Shown here piece by piece: positions 27,811 to 42,249 of a stretch of 64,000 nucleotides of DNA. The notes beneath the pieces are model-generated. The model saw only the letters and a list, made by a program, of their open reading frames with translations. It did not search any database and was not told the origin of the DNA. Location of the stretch: the NCBI RefSeq assembly GCF_009914755.1, contig NC_060939.1, one strand, 5' to 3'. This DNA comes from the human T2T-CHM13v2.0 reference genome, Homo sapiens. The stretch's first letter is position 1. Each line of letters begins with the position of its first letter. The position numbers and the translations under genes are program-made.

Positions 27811-29478
27811 GAAATTTGGTTCTGAGTTTCCTAAAACCAGAGGGGGAAAAAAAGAATCATGCTGGATTATAGGTTTGTCATTCTCTTCCAGCAGGACGAA
27901 GGATACCATTCCTTAGGGACAGATAATATTCTCCAAACACCAACTTCCCAAATAAAAACACCAAGGAAGACCCCACAGAGGGACCATCTGGTGATACAAT
28001 AGGCAGTATTGTCGACATCATTTTATGGCAAATGCGATCATGAATTTTGTTTAATTATATCTTATAGGAACCTTCGAAAATGCCAAAGGGCCTAAAATTA
28101 AAATACTCATCAAAGGGAATTCCAGAAAGTGTTCAATCTGTGTGTTCCAAGTCGGTAGCCTCAGGGGTCCCTTGGTCCAGGGAGAGTTATTATCGCACCC
28201 AGAAGAGGGGCCAAGAAAAAGTGGGGAGGATGGGAGTGGGGGGAACAGAACTCCAAGAAAGGCCAATGACAGAGGTGGCCCAAGCTGGCAGGAAGAGGTG
28301 AGGTGGTGACTTTTGTTTCCTGAATCAGAATGGCACTGGTCGGCAGGTGGTCCTGTTTTTTACTGGGTGGCATGACCTAGGAAGGGCCCCAATGGGCAGC
28401 CCACTTTAAGTACAAAGAGTCTGTGGTCCCCAGGGCTTGGCTGTTACATAGAACGTGTGGATGGAGATAATGCTTTTTTTTCTGTACCTGCCCCATCAAA
28501 AACAAATTCAAACTTATAAATTAGAAGTAACCGTGGGAATGGCAAAACCTCTCAGAACAGACTGGACAGAAGACTGGAACTCTGGAGGTCACCCAGTGTG
28601 CCCCAGGATCCCCCAGCCATCCCACCACTGATGGGGGTCTAGACAGCCAACCTCAAGGGGCCTTGGAACGCCTCCTGGCCACCTACCCCCAGCTCTCCTC
28701 CTCCAGGCTACACAGCTATTACTGTGCACTTTGAGAGTCTACACTTGCCTTCTTGACTAGACTACGGGGACCCAAACATTAACCTTTGGACCTATCCCAA
28801 CACCTAGCACTGTGTGGTTTACAGTAGTAATTCAATAGGCATAGTTATTGAACGATTTGTTTAAAACTCTTTGAAATTCCTAATAACAAGATCAGTTTTA
28901 GGAAACTTAACATAAATGTCCTGAAATGAAATACGAGTCACTTCCTCCACCTAAAAGGGAGGGGGCAACACTAGTCGTAAGGTGCCCAACTTTGACATCT
29001 GACAGAGCTGGTTAGAATCTGCCCATGGACTTCCAGGGTGACAGTGGGTGAGTTTCCTTGTCTATAAGGCAAGATGATAATCGTTCTGCCCTCTTAAGGT
29101 AGATGTGGGATTAAGAGGCCCACGCTCAGCCTCTAACATAGGGTCAGATATATAACAACACAACCAAATCATGCCACTCGTCTTATTTCTATCATCTGCA
29201 TGGCACTGTCATTATTGCTGTTAATTATTAGGGTCTAAGTACTGATTTGAAAATTTTGCATGTCCCCAGAACCACATAGCAAACTTGGATTGCTTTTATG
29301 AACACTACAGGTCTGAATGGTCATATTCTCCAGCTGCCAAGAGCTCCAGTCTGAACACTCACCAAAAACTTGCCTTCCGTATTTCCTACTCTGCAGGAGG
29401 CATGAAATAACTTCTCTCCTAGGGCCACCCTCCATCACAAAAAAAATGAATTGGAACTGATACAAAAATAACAGTTTT

Positions 29479-29737
29479 GGACCAGATGCAGTGGCTCATA
29501 CCTGTAACCCCAGAGCTATGTGAGGCCAAGGTAGAAGGATCCCCTAAGCCTAGGAGTTTGAGACCAGCGTGGGCAAAAAAAAAAAAAAGCTGGGGATGGT
29601 GGCACGTGCTTGTAGTCCCGGCGACTCAGGAGGCTGAGGTCGGAGGATCACTTGAGCCCAGAGACTGATGATGCATTGAGCCATGACCGTGCCACTGCAC
29701 TCCAGCATGGGCGACAGAGCAAGACCCTACCTCAAAA
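29479..29737 (+). mobile_element. AluJ with internal deletion before the A-linker
   Basis: ggaggatcacttgagccc diagnostics; TSD aaaata(a/c)cagtt. Confidence 0.85.
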
Positions 29738-30249
29738 TACCAGTTGTAAGAGGGGCTCCCCAACATCCCACTCTAACATCTCAACATTCCAGGGGGAGTG
29801 GAGGTTGTAATCATCAGAAACATGATAAAACAAAATGTGGCCGTCCGTGAAAACCACCTATTTGAACCGTGAAACGTTAGCGACATTTTACATAGGTGGG
29901 GAAAATGAAAATCAAATGTCTCTCACCAAGGTGGGAAGCAGAGTGCATGAGTCCTTCTCCTTGGGAGAGAGACCAATGGCCGCAACAACTGGGCTTTCTG
30001 TGTATCAGCCTTCTGTCCCTCTGCCTCCTGCCCCCAGCCACACCAGTGCTTTCTCAGGACACCAAAGTCACCACAATTGCAGCATGAAAAATAGTAAGAC
30101 ATGTGGATTACCCTGCATGTCCAACTGTCTTGTGTCATTGACCTTCTTAAAAAGCATGGGATATAATCAAAATATCTTCAGACTGAGGTTCAGGAGCCCT
30201 AGATATTCACCCAGGCCTCAACTTGGTGCCCTTGAAGTTTTACTGAACA

Positions 30250-30830
30250 GAAAGGTCTCCATTTCCCATTCTGCCTCTTGTCTCCCAGCCCCTCTTCTGC
30301 ACGCTGCTCTATAACTCTGGGGCTGGCAGCCTAACTATTAATATATTTCCCAGACCACCTTGCCAGCTGGCTTCCTGCTGAGCTCTGTCAATAGGGGGCA
30401 CTAGAGGGAGAATGAAAGGCAGGAGGTGAGGAGATGGGGTTCCTTGTGTTTTCAGCTCAGTAGGGACAACCATACAGGACAACTATGGTTCCAGCCTCCA
30501 GCTCTTGGGCTATTACAGGACCCAGCCTCCCCATGCTCCCTCAGAGGTGCAGCCATCTAGGCACCAACTTGGGTATACTCCCTCCATGGTCTGTCCCTTC
30601 AAAGGTATAAGCCACAGCCCCACAGCCCCCTCCTTCACGCTCTGTGATCCTGGAAATTCACCTTTTATTTCTCTAGCCCTAGGATGATACCTATCTCCTG
30701 GGTTATATCAGCTTCCCTCTTTGCTCGTGCAGACACTGACACTGACATAACCAATTCCCTGTGTTAAATCCCTCTGTTAGAAATACCTAGCATGGTTCCA
30801 GCTTTCCTGGCTAGACACAAGCTGACATAG
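30250..30830 (+). mobile_element. LTR33-like ERVL solo LTR
   Basis: ttgccagctggcttcctg...gcactagagggag; 3' ttaaatccctctgttagaaatacctag...ctgacata. Confidence 0.65.
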
Positions 30831-31604
30831 AGAAGGTCAGACCTTAAACTAGTGCCTATATGTCATTGAAGCTTCAAAGACTCCTCCCAGGTGTGGAACT
30901 AAGGATTGACTTCCTTTCACCATAGAAATATCAGGATATTGAATATGTACTTCCACACTACAGAATGCTGCCATAGACAGGAAAGTTGGCCTATATTCTG
31001 AGTCACCATTTAACAAAAACCAGTCAATAGGGTGTCCTGTGATGGGAATTAAGAGTATCAAAGCGTACCACAGATTTCTCAACAACCTACCACCCACATC
31101 TAAGAACCTGGGGACAGTGCTTAACAGATTCGGGGTCAATGTGGGAAACGTACTCGAGAAGGAAACCCAAGCCAAGCAGTGAGCCGGCAGCAGGTTTTCA
31201 GGTGTCGTACCGAGTTTGAACACACGCACTTGCAAACAACATGTTTTCCAATGAAATTGCCAGGTCCAAGAAAACTGCTTTGTGACCACTTTTTTTTTTT
31301 AACAAAAGCAAAAGATCTGTTTATAGAAAAATCACCTTCTTAACTGGAAATGATGGCTCCACATGTGCAGAACTCCTAGCCAGGTGAAGTTTTCCACAGC
31401 TGCATAAATCCAACATCCTTGAAGCATAATGGCCTTCTCTTTCTTTTTTTTTCCAAAAGGCAAAAAATAAGTTTTGCTCTCCAAGTTTGCATTCTTTAAA
31501 TAACTTCCAAGACCAAGTCATTTTTATAAAAGGCATCTTTTTCATGTAAATTCCTTACAAAGAAAGGTGGAAAATAAGGGTTTTTTGTTTGGAGGGGGTG
31601 AGGG

Positions 31605-31605
31605 G

Positions 31606-31636
<31 letters not shown>

Positions 31637-31663
31637 TGTGTGCGCATGCACGCGCACGTGCAT
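31605..31663. repeat. (TG)n microsatellite extended by alternating purine-pyrimidine sequence
   Basis: Visible. Confidence 0.95.
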
Positions 31664-31877
31664 TTACGATATATGATTAAGATCCCAAATGAAAACAGAC
31701 CTGATGAAATTTGGAGTCTAAAATCAGTCCCCATACTAGAAAGGAGGTATGACCCATGCCTGCATTCTTGAATACAGCAGGCCAGGGTAGGGAAGCCGGG
31801 CTGGACCTTCCTATCCATGGTTACAGCCATGTAGATACCAAGCAGGGCACCTCTGCCTATAGATGAAGTTGAAAGAT

Positions 31878-33250
31878 ATTCATTCAGTTAAATATTTATT
31901 GAGAACCCATGTGTGCTAGGTACTGCCACAATGTAGGTGCCCATCTAGAAGGAGCAGACATTAACCAAATGAACAGAAGAATTAAACATTCTACATGTGA
32001 CAGGTACTATCAAGAAAGAGTGGACAATGCTATGAGAAAATATAAGGAGGGGCCCTAATTTACCCTGGGGGTTCAAGAAAGCCTTCCCCAAGGCAGTGAT
32101 GCAAGGGCCAAGGTTGGAAAGATAAGTAGGAGTTAACAGATAGGGGTGGGGGAGAGGAGCTAGGAGGAGTCCAGAGAGTGGGAACAGCATATACACAGGG
32201 CCCAGGGGTGGAAGAAAGCACGGTATGTTCTAGAAACTGCAAGGAGGCAAGAGCAAGAGAGAACGTAGGCACCAAGGAGGCCGGAGCAATGGGCAGGGCA
32301 AACAGGCAGGGTCATGTGGGATGTGTTAAGAGCTTTCTTCTTTAATTCTGGGAGCAGGGGGATGCCACCTAGGGCTTGTGTTCTGAATGTGTCCTTATGG
32401 CTTCTGTGGGCAGAAGAGATTCCAGGGCACACTGGTTGGATAACTACTCCATGGGCCAAGGTGAAAACGGACAATATCTGGACAAGGAAGGCAACTGCAG
32501 GTGGGAAGAAGCAAATAGATTCAGGAGGGACTTCGAAGATGGAACAATACTGGGGCTATTTGGATAAAGAAGAGGCACCATCAAGGATAATTCCTCACTG
32601 ACCTGGATGAATGGGGGGACCAGTCACTGAATTGGGGACCACTGGAATCGGGCCAGGTAGGAAGAAAGCACTGTGAGTTCTGGCCTAATTGAGTTTCAGG
32701 TGCTTTAGAAGCATCCAGGTGGAGATGTCAGGCTGGCTGCTGGCTGTGCGGATTTGGGAGCTCAAGAAGCAAGGGAATACTTCATTCCAATGCCTCAGAG
32801 CTCACAGCATTCAGGAATCATCAGTTCCAGACCAATCCTTTAGAGACCTCAAAACCACATGGCTAGATAGAAGAGATGGAAATAACACTACAGAGACAGA
32901 GACAAAGAAGGCCAAGCTACGACAAGAGCAGAGCATGACATCCCAAGAACCAGGGAAAGTGAAGTCCTGAGAGGCAGGGCTGCGTGGCGTCTCCAACACA
33001 GCAGAGTGCCCAGGAAGGAAGGAAGGAGGGGCTGACTGAACAACAGGGAGTCACGGTGTGGGGGTGGGGGGTCTCAGTGAGAGTGCTCGTGGGGACAGAT
33101 GCAGGCGAAAACCAGACTAGAGAGGGTTGAATGCATGTTTGGCCCGTGAGGAAATGGCGCAAACTTTGGAGAAGTCTGGGGAGGAGAGAGACAGGAATGC
33201 AGCTAGAAGGTCCTAGAGTCAAGGGAAGATTTCCTTGAAATGAGAAAAAA
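31878..33250 (-). mobile_element. L2 (L2a-like) fragment
   Basis: attcattcagttaaatatttattgag...gtgctaggtactg 3' end plus ~1.3 kb of L2 body. Confidence 0.75.
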
Positions 33251-33874
33251 TTGAAACATAAAATGAAGAAACCCAGGCCCACTGAAGACTGCCTCCCTCA
33301 GTTTCTACTGCTGTCCCCTTCCAGCCACATTTGAGGATGTCAGCTCCAGACTCCCAGCCAGGAAGAACGAGGCTTCTACTGCACTCATACCAACTGGGAA
33401 AGGACAACTGTCGCTCTGCAAGCCCTCATCAAGCCCCGACTCTGTGGTCGACCCTGCGCTGGGTGCTCTCCCAGAGGGAGGGAGAAACTCATCTGAGTGT
33501 TTACATGTTTTTGCATGCAAAAACTCATCAGTCCCATAAACACACCCCAGATGGCAGAACCGTGTTGGGCACACACATCCAGGAACCGGTACAGAACTTC
33601 CAGGGAAAGCTGGCTTCCAAATGGAGGGAGAAAGAAAGGGAAAGCATATACATTGCATTAGGGAAGAACAAAGCTGGACCACCAAGTACATGCACAAAGA
33701 AAGAGAGAAAATGCCAGGCAGCATCATGCAGGAGAAGCTGAGTCTAGTCCAGTAAAAATGCTTCAGACTGGCTGTCACAGGATACCCCGAAAATAAAGGA
33801 GACCACCACATTTTCTGGTTAATTTTGCATCACCCTTAAACCTTTGTCTCAACCTCTAATAAATATTCAATGCA

Positions 33875-34241
33875 CTTAAATGAAAGAAATTTACTTCTCA
33901 CAGTCCCAGAGGCTGGAAGTCCAAGATCAAAGAGTCAGGGGGGTTGGTTTCTTCAGAGGGCCACGAGGGAAGGACTTGTTCCAGGCCTCTCTCCTTTGCT
34001 TGTAGGTGGCTGTCACCTTCCTGTCCTCACAGGGTTGTCCCTCTGTACATGTCTGTGTCCAAATTTCCTTTTTGTCTAAGGACACCGGTCATATCAGATT
34101 AGGGGACCCACCTTCATCACCTTATTTTAACTTAATTACCTCTTTAAAGACCCCATCTGCAAAAACAGTCACATTCTAAGGTACTGGGCTAGTTAGTACT
34201 TCAACCTATGAACTTGGGGGAGACACAATTTAGCCCATAAG
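33875..34241 (-). mobile_element. MLT1 (A/B/C-type) MaLR LTR
   Basis: ctcacagtcccagaggctggaagtccaagatcaa...acacaatttagcccataa. Confidence 0.8.
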
Positions 34242-36290
34242 ATACTCAGATACTCATCTTCCCTGCCTCAAGAAGTGTGGATGAGGCAGGCCACCTTTGC
34301 ACGCCCGGACGTCAGGGTGTGTGTGTGTGTAACCGCCGTCAGGACAGTCGGGGGACTCGCAGGCAGGACAGTCATCTCACAGCCCCACCAAGACACATTC
34401 AGCAAATCCGCAAAAAACAAACGCCAGTACTTAGAATTATCATGATTCTCACCACCACTTTTCAGCAAAGTCTACTGCTGAAAGATTACACTAGCCTATA
34501 GCAGCTTGACAGTTTTACCTTCTAAATTGATGGAAAAGAAAAAAAAAAAAAAAGAACATTCCCCAAACACACAGCTTGGGGGAAGAAATTAATTAATGTG
34601 TTCACGTTTCAACCAGAGCAAGACAGGGCAAACAAAAGCCTGAAAAGAAATCGACGGCTTCTCTGCACCTGGAATCCCCCATCGGGATCCTGGGAATGGT
34701 TTCTTTTGACAGATGGTCTTTCATCTTTGACAAGGATGTAAGAGAAACTTCAGACACCTCAGAAATTCCTCCACCTATGCAAAGGGGCCAGGCCATTGTG
34801 TGACTAGCAACCCACACTCTTCACCTTCATCACTTTAACACAAAGCCACCTCTCCCCCAGTCCCCAAAATCACCAAGCACACCCTACGGGGGCCTGAGGT
34901 TGTGTCCCCACGCTGCTAGGTTTGAGGATGGGAACAGCCCTCTCTCCTCTGTACCTCTTGTGCTGAGAAGGGCACCAGGAACACAGGTGGTGTTCAGTCA
35001 TTGTTTCTGAATGAATAAGTTAATGACAGAATGAAGTAAATGAACAAATTAAGAAAAGAATAAAGCAATCCTTCAGTCCTCTTTTCAGAGGATTAGCAAG
35101 CAACAACAAATCCTTGGCCCTGTAGGGCTCTGGAGTCAGGGTTTCTTCCAAATGTGTCAAATACCTCCAACATGCCCAGGGCTGTTTACAGTCAGGTGTC
35201 CTTCACTCCTCCAGAGGCCTCTGGAGTGTCACAGAAGCCCCAGATGTCCCTCAAGATAGAAGAGGGAGAGACACCACAAGAGAGAGTGCTCAACCAACCA
35301 ACCATAGGCTTAGGGGTGAGAAAAAAGTCAAAATATTTCCCTTTTGGCCTAGACCCATCATCAGAATGGCATTCTTTCCCAAAGAATCCCTTCCCAAATG
35401 CCAAGGACCCTTCAGAGCAAAACGACCTGCCCAGAAAACGCAGTCACCTGAGCCATGGTCCTTCTGACCCACAGTGATATGGAGCTCACTGGACTCCTAC
35501 TCCCAACTTTCCAATGCCCCCACTGGATTACCAAGAGGACAGTGCTTCCTTGACAGCCAGGTCAGCCATTTCTTGAAGTGCTTCCACGTGCAAAGGAGCC
35601 TTGGGCTCCACCAGGGTGAGCAAACCAGCCAAGAGTAGAGAGGCGGAATTCCTTGTTAGGCAACTCACAAATGCACTAGAACCCCTCATTCTTGATTTCC
35701 TAGAGCTTCCTGTGGCTTCCTCTAAAATCCAACTAGGAGGGCACCACATCATCACATGGGCTTTCATGAGTTCCAGCATCTCATCTCTTGTCCACACCCT
35801 GGCCTCTGGAACATGCTGCAGCTCCACCTGGAAAGTTATTATCCCCAGCAGTCACATAACTTGTATGTACACCCCAAGTGCCACTTCCTCAAAGAAGCTT
35901 TTGTGGGTCCCTTAATCTAAACCACAATAGCACATTTTTCTTTTCCTTGGAGCACTCACTATTTGTCATCATTTAATTGTTCTGTGTTTAATGTTAGCCT
36001 CTTCCACCACACAGGAAGCTCAAGAGCAAGGATCACCACTCCAAACCTAGTGCCTAGCATGCAGTGGATATTCAAGGAATAGTTTTAAAATAAGTGAAAG
36101 AGCAAATAAAAGAATACTAGACTTTTGGAGCACTATGGTAAATATTATTCCCAGTTTTACCACCTTTTAAGTTGTGTTTAATGCTTAAATCTTTACCTGT
36201 GCTTTTACATTAACTTTTTAACTCATTTCTAAGTCCTTGTATTTCAACTGGGGATTTTAACACTTTTATATTTATTGTAAAAGTTGATAA

Positions 36291-36655
<365 letters not shown>

Positions 36656-36924
36656 TATGTAAGTTATATTTCATTAGGCTTATCATCTTTAGTAATTGGG
36701 TAGGCTATTCTACTAGTAAATTATCTTTACCATCTTAAGAAACAACCTTTACTCTACAGTTTTCTGATTATCGAAGTCAAGAACAATTTGATTTTCCCTT
36801 TTGAATAAGAATTTAGCATCTTTTTTTCTCCCACATCCCTTTCCACTTCTGATTTGTCAACATTTCATAAACTTGAGATACAAATTACTATTAAAGCATT
36901 ATAATTTATGTTTTACATCTTCCC

Positions 36925-38650
36925 TTAATTTTTATAACAGCTTTATTGCTATCATCCATATATTATACAATTCACCCATTTAGCATATACAGTTGTTTTC
37001 AGTGTATTCACAGAACTATATGCACTCAGCACATTTTTAGAACAGTTGCATCACCTAAATAGAAACCCCATAACCCCCTGCAATCACTTTCCATTTTCCT
37101 CTGTCCTTCCCCACCCTCAGGCCTAAGAAATCATTAATCTTTCTGTCTCCAGATTTGCCTATTCTGGGTATTTCACATTAACAGAATCATATAATATGTG
37201 ATCTTCTGTGTCTGGTTTCTTTCACTTTCATGTTCAAGGTTCATCCATGCTGCAGCAGGCATCAGTGCTTCATTCCTTTTTATTGCCAAATAAAATTCTA
37301 TTGTATGACTATACACATTTTATTTAATTCGCAAATTGACAGTCATTTGAGTTGTTTCCACTTTGAAGCTATTATCAACAATGCTGCTATGGACGTTCTT
37401 ACTCAAGTTTCTGTGTGGATAAATGTTTTAATTCCTTTTGGATATGTATGAGGTGGAGTGGCTAAGTCATACAGTAATTCTATGCTTAAACTTTTAAAGA
37501 ACTTCCAGACTGTTTTCTTCAACAACTGCACCATTTTACATTCTCAACAGCAGTCTATGAGAATTCGAAATCTTTGCCAACATTTGCTATCTTTTTTACT
37601 ATAACCATCCAAGCAGGAGTGAGGTGGTACCTCATTGTAATTTTGATTTGCATTTCCCTGATGGCTGATGATGCTGAGCATCTCTGCAGGTGCTTATTGT
37701 CTATTTGTATACCTTCTTTAGAGAACTATCTGCGATGGTTAATACTGAGTGTCAATTTGACTGGATTGAAGAATACAAAGTATTGATCCTGGGTGTGTCT
37801 GTGAGAGTGTTGCCACAGGACATTCACATTTGAATCAGTGGGCTGCGAAAGGCAGGCCCACCCTTAATCTAGGTGGGCATAATCCTAACCCTGCCAGGGA
37901 GGTTAGGATACAAAGCAGGCAGAAAAATGTGAGAAGAGAAACTGGCCTGGCCTCCCAGCCTACATTTTTTCCCATGCTGGATGCTTCCTGTCCTCAAACA
38001 TCGGACTCCAAGTTCTTCAGTTTTGGAACTTGGACTGGCTCTCCTTACTCCATAGCCTGCAGATGGCCTATTGTGGGACCTTATGATCATGTGAGTTAAT
38101 ACTTAATAAACTTCCCTTTATATATATAAAATATATAATATATATTATAAATATATATTTATATTTATATATAAACTATATATAAAAATATAAAAATTTA
38201 TATATATAAACTTACCTTTATAAAATATATAATATATATGTAACATATATATTATATATATATTCCATTAGTTCTGTCCCTCGAGAGAACCCTGATACAC
38301 TGTTCAAGTCCTTTATCCATTAATTGAAGTCAATGTCATTCTATCACTGAGTTACAAGAATTCTTTATATATTTTAAATACAAGTCTCTTACCGGACATA
38401 TGATTTAAAGAACTCTTCTCCCATCATATGAGTTGTATTTTTACTTTTTTGATGGTATCCTTTAAGACACAAAAGTTTTTAATTTTCATGAGGTCCAATT
38501 TATCTATATTTTCTTTGGTTGCTTGTGCTTTGGGTACCGTATGTAAGAAACCATCGCCTAAACCTAGACCACAAATACTCACATCTATGTTTGCTTCTAA
38601 GACTCTGATAGTTTTAGCTCTTAAATTTAGGTCTTTGATCTCCCCTTAAT
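36925..38650 (-). mobile_element. L1MB-like 3' fragment interrupted by MLT2A1
   Basis: L1 3' UTR and ORF2 C-terminal remnant on both sides of the LTR. Confidence 0.8.
37731..38299 (+). mobile_element. MLT2A1 (HERV-L) solo LTR
   Basis: tgcgatggttaatactgagtgtc...attagttctgtccctcgagagaaccctgataca; TG...CA termini; degenerate 5-bp TSD ctatc/ctgtt. Confidence 0.9.
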
Positions 38651-38717
38651 TCTTAATTCTATTCCATATGTGATTATATTTGTATCAGTTAGGCTTCACT
38701 CTGTTCAACAGTTTTAA

Positions 38718-39049
<332 letters not shown>

Positions 39050-39778
39050 TAATCAGCTCTTTATGTCATGACTTCCCTATTCCCAATCTCTTAATTTTAC
39101 TTCAGCTCAGAATCAACTGCAGTGATGTCTTCAGACAATCCTTCCCAGAACAAAGGCAACCAGGCTATATCATCTCGAACCTCTCAGGTAGTTAAAAGCA
39201 CCCCTCAGTTGCCTGTACTCTTGAACAACAACTTGTCTGAGTGTCACATCCTTAGGGCACAACCCCTTCTCCTCCAAGCACTGGACTCCTGGCTCCACTG
39301 TCTTCTGGGACCCCGTAACATGGATAACTCTGTGGCCTGCTGGATTTTCATTTCTTTTGAGTAGCCCGTTTTGTCTGTTTGAATACTAGTATAATTTTTT
39401 TAACCTTATAATTCGCAAATTTTGCCAGAATAAATCTGTGAGTCCATGTAAATTCATTCTGACTACAACACAGTAAGCCTTTTATCCTGAAAACTGAGAT
39501 TTGTTTCAAACTTCCCGAAGTCTTCATTCATTATAAATCTTTGATCAATGCTCCTATTCTGTCTTGGGGGAAGGGTTCCATCTGCAGGGATTACTGGATT
39601 GGATTTCCATTCTCTGTAATCCATTCCTAGCACTTTCTTTCTCACCACTGTCTTCTTTCCTTTGCCTCCTGAGGGACTACCTCACAGTTATTCTCATCGC
39701 TAATTCAAATGTACAAAGCCATTTCTGCTCTGTACTGCCGCCTTTGTGCATTTTGATCTGCTGTAGCAGACTGTAGTA

Positions 39779-40210
39779 CAGTTGACCCTTGAATATCACA
39801 GGTTTGAACTGCGCGGGCCCACTTATACATGGATTTTCACCTCTGCCACCCAAGACAGCAAGACCAACCTCTCCTCTCCCTCTTCCACCTACTCAGCATG
39901 AAGATGACAAGGATGAAGATCTTTGTAATGATCTACTTCCACTTAATAAATAGTGAATGTATTTTCTCTTATGATTTTCTTAGTAACATTTTCTTTTCTC
40001 TAGCTTACTATATTGAAAGAATACAGTATACAATACCCATTGTTTATGTTAACAGTAAGACTTCCAGTCAAGCGCAGCCTATAAGCAGTTAAGTTTCTGG
40101 AGAGTCAAAAGTTATACTGAAATTTTCAACTGCATGTTGCGGTGCAGGAGCAGAGGGGGAGGGTCAGTACCCTTCATCCTCAACCCTGCACATTGTTCAA
40201 AGGTCAACTA
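39779..40210 (+). mobile_element. Tigger2a (MER28) DNA transposon
   Basis: TA|cagttgacccttgaa...ttgttcaaaggtcaacta|TA TIRs. Confidence 0.88.
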
Positions 40211-40761
40211 TAGAAAAAAAAAACACCTTATAAAGCTTATCTCATCCAGGTCTCATTTATTTTAAGCTTGTTTTAACAACTCAACCTGGTCTTTATGGCT
40301 CTTTGTTTCTTAGAAGCCCTAGCTTCTTGCCAGATTTGTTTATTTGTTTACCTATTTAGGATGCCAGATTCCTCAAACTGTTTCTGGTCCCTGAAATAAA
40401 TCCGTCTCAAAGGCTGTGGTATTTGTACTCAGGTCTTCAGATGGGTTTGCTGTATTTACTCAAATTCCAACGACAAGAGCGCTGGCAAAAGCCAGTGCCA
40501 AGACCTGTGTGCACAAGGCCCCCTAGATGGCCCTGGTTCACGTCCCATCTCAGATCAGCTGCTAGAGGGCAGGCAGGTGCACCCAGGGGCTCACAGGCAT
40601 CTGCCTACTCCATTCTGCTGGGCCATGGTGGGGTCTTACACTTGCCCCAGAGACTGAGACTGTACATTCTGAGGACACTTAGATCTGGATCTACCGGATA
40701 TGTTATCTTATCGTGAGGGTGGTTTTACTGATGCATTCACATGTCAAAACTCATCACATTA

Positions 40762-40897
40762 GGCCAGTTATGGTGGCTCACACCTGTAATCCCAGCACTT
40801 TGGGAAGCCAAGGCAGGAGGACTGCTTGGGCCCAGTTCAAGACCAGCCTAGGCAACATGGCAAGACACCATCTCTAAAAATATATATAAATTTAAAC
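40762..40897 (+). mobile_element. FLAM/Alu left monomer inserted in an old L1 3' end
   Basis: TSD aaactcatcacatt at 40747-40760 and 40898-40911. Confidence 0.85.
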
Positions 40898-41205
40898 AAA
40901 CTCATCACATTGTACATTTGAATATATTCAGTTTATTGCATGTTAATTTTATCTCCGTAAAGCTATAATCAATTAACTGACCAAGGACACTCAGAGTGAC
41001 TACACCACAGCTCTGACACCAAAGCCTTCTCTAGGCCCAATGCCCACAGTTGATGCACACCAATGTCCAAAGCTGGGCTGAAGAGCCCCATACCCGGTAT
41101 GCTGTCTCTGAACTATGGAATATGCCCTCTCCTCGAGCTGTCTCTGATCCCTCTGCACAGTAGCCCTTTGTCACTAGCGGTGTCACCTACCTACAGTTAT
41201 AGAGG

Positions 41206-41731
41206 TGTGAAGAGGTTTTAAATAAGGCCCCCAAATTCTTTGACATTGAGCGGTGGGGTCTATCTCTCTGCCCTTGAACCTGGGTAGGTTTCTAACCGCT
41301 TCAGCCAACAGAGTACCTTCAGAGTGATGCTCTAGGATTTCTGAGGCTGATCCTCAAAGGCAGCACAGCTCCTGCTGGGCTTGCGGGAACTCTTGCATTG
41401 GGAGCCCTGGTGGCCATAGAAGAAGTATGTCTGCCACCAAGGTATGGACGCCAAGCTGCAGAGGCCACAGGTAGACGCTCCACGTTGTTGTCCTTGTCTT
41501 CAAGTCATCCACCTCCAGGCCAGACACATGAATGAGGCACCTCCAGATCACTCCAGCCTCCAGATTTCAAGTCCTCCCAGGTGAGGCCCAGACACTGTGG
41601 AACTGAGAAAAGCTATGTCCACCGTGCCTTGTCAAATCCCTGACCCACAGAATCTATGAACTTATTAAAATGGCAATTTCAAACGACTCAGCTTTGGGGT
41701 AGCTCATCGTGCAGCAATAGGGACTGATACA
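41206..41731 (+). mobile_element. MLT1F/H-like MaLR LTR
   Basis: ccccaaattctttgac...cccttgaacctggg...tgacccacagaatc...cagcaatagggactgataca. Confidence 0.75.
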
Positions 41732-42249
41732 GCAGTCAGCGCCATAACTTGTTGGTTTCTCCCATGCTCGAACTCGGTAGAAACCCTTATGCCCTGCTGT
41801 GCTTCCAAAGCCCAAAGCGGGGATGCAGCACCCCCTTGAAATACCTGAGCCAACCCAGACTTGGGCAACTGGGCATCCTGCAAGAACACAGGCCCAAAGA
41901 ATTGCTCTTAGAAGGGCCTTTCACCTAAGCATAGCCCACAGCTTGAACATGACTTCCTTCCTCTGCTGACCCTGACAGAAAGGAGAACGAGGCTGAGAGA
42001 GGACCATGGCAGGGACTGAGGAGCACTTCATGAATGCCTGTGAGCAAACGCCATCCCAAAAGTCTGGGTTCAGGAGAAAAAGGCAAAGATTGACAAAATT
42101 ATCTAGGCCACCTAAGAGGGCTTCTAGAGTTTTGCCCCATCCTGCAACAGAACACCTCTTTGCTTCTGAGGACCACACCGAACCAATGAAGCTGTCTATC
42201 ACCAGCCCTACCCCAATGCTGTGTGATGACCACGTTATAGGACAGGAAA

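Noticed and set aside
35528-35915. Possible processed-pseudogene ORFs
   Set aside because: No recognisable parent protein, poly(A) or TSD
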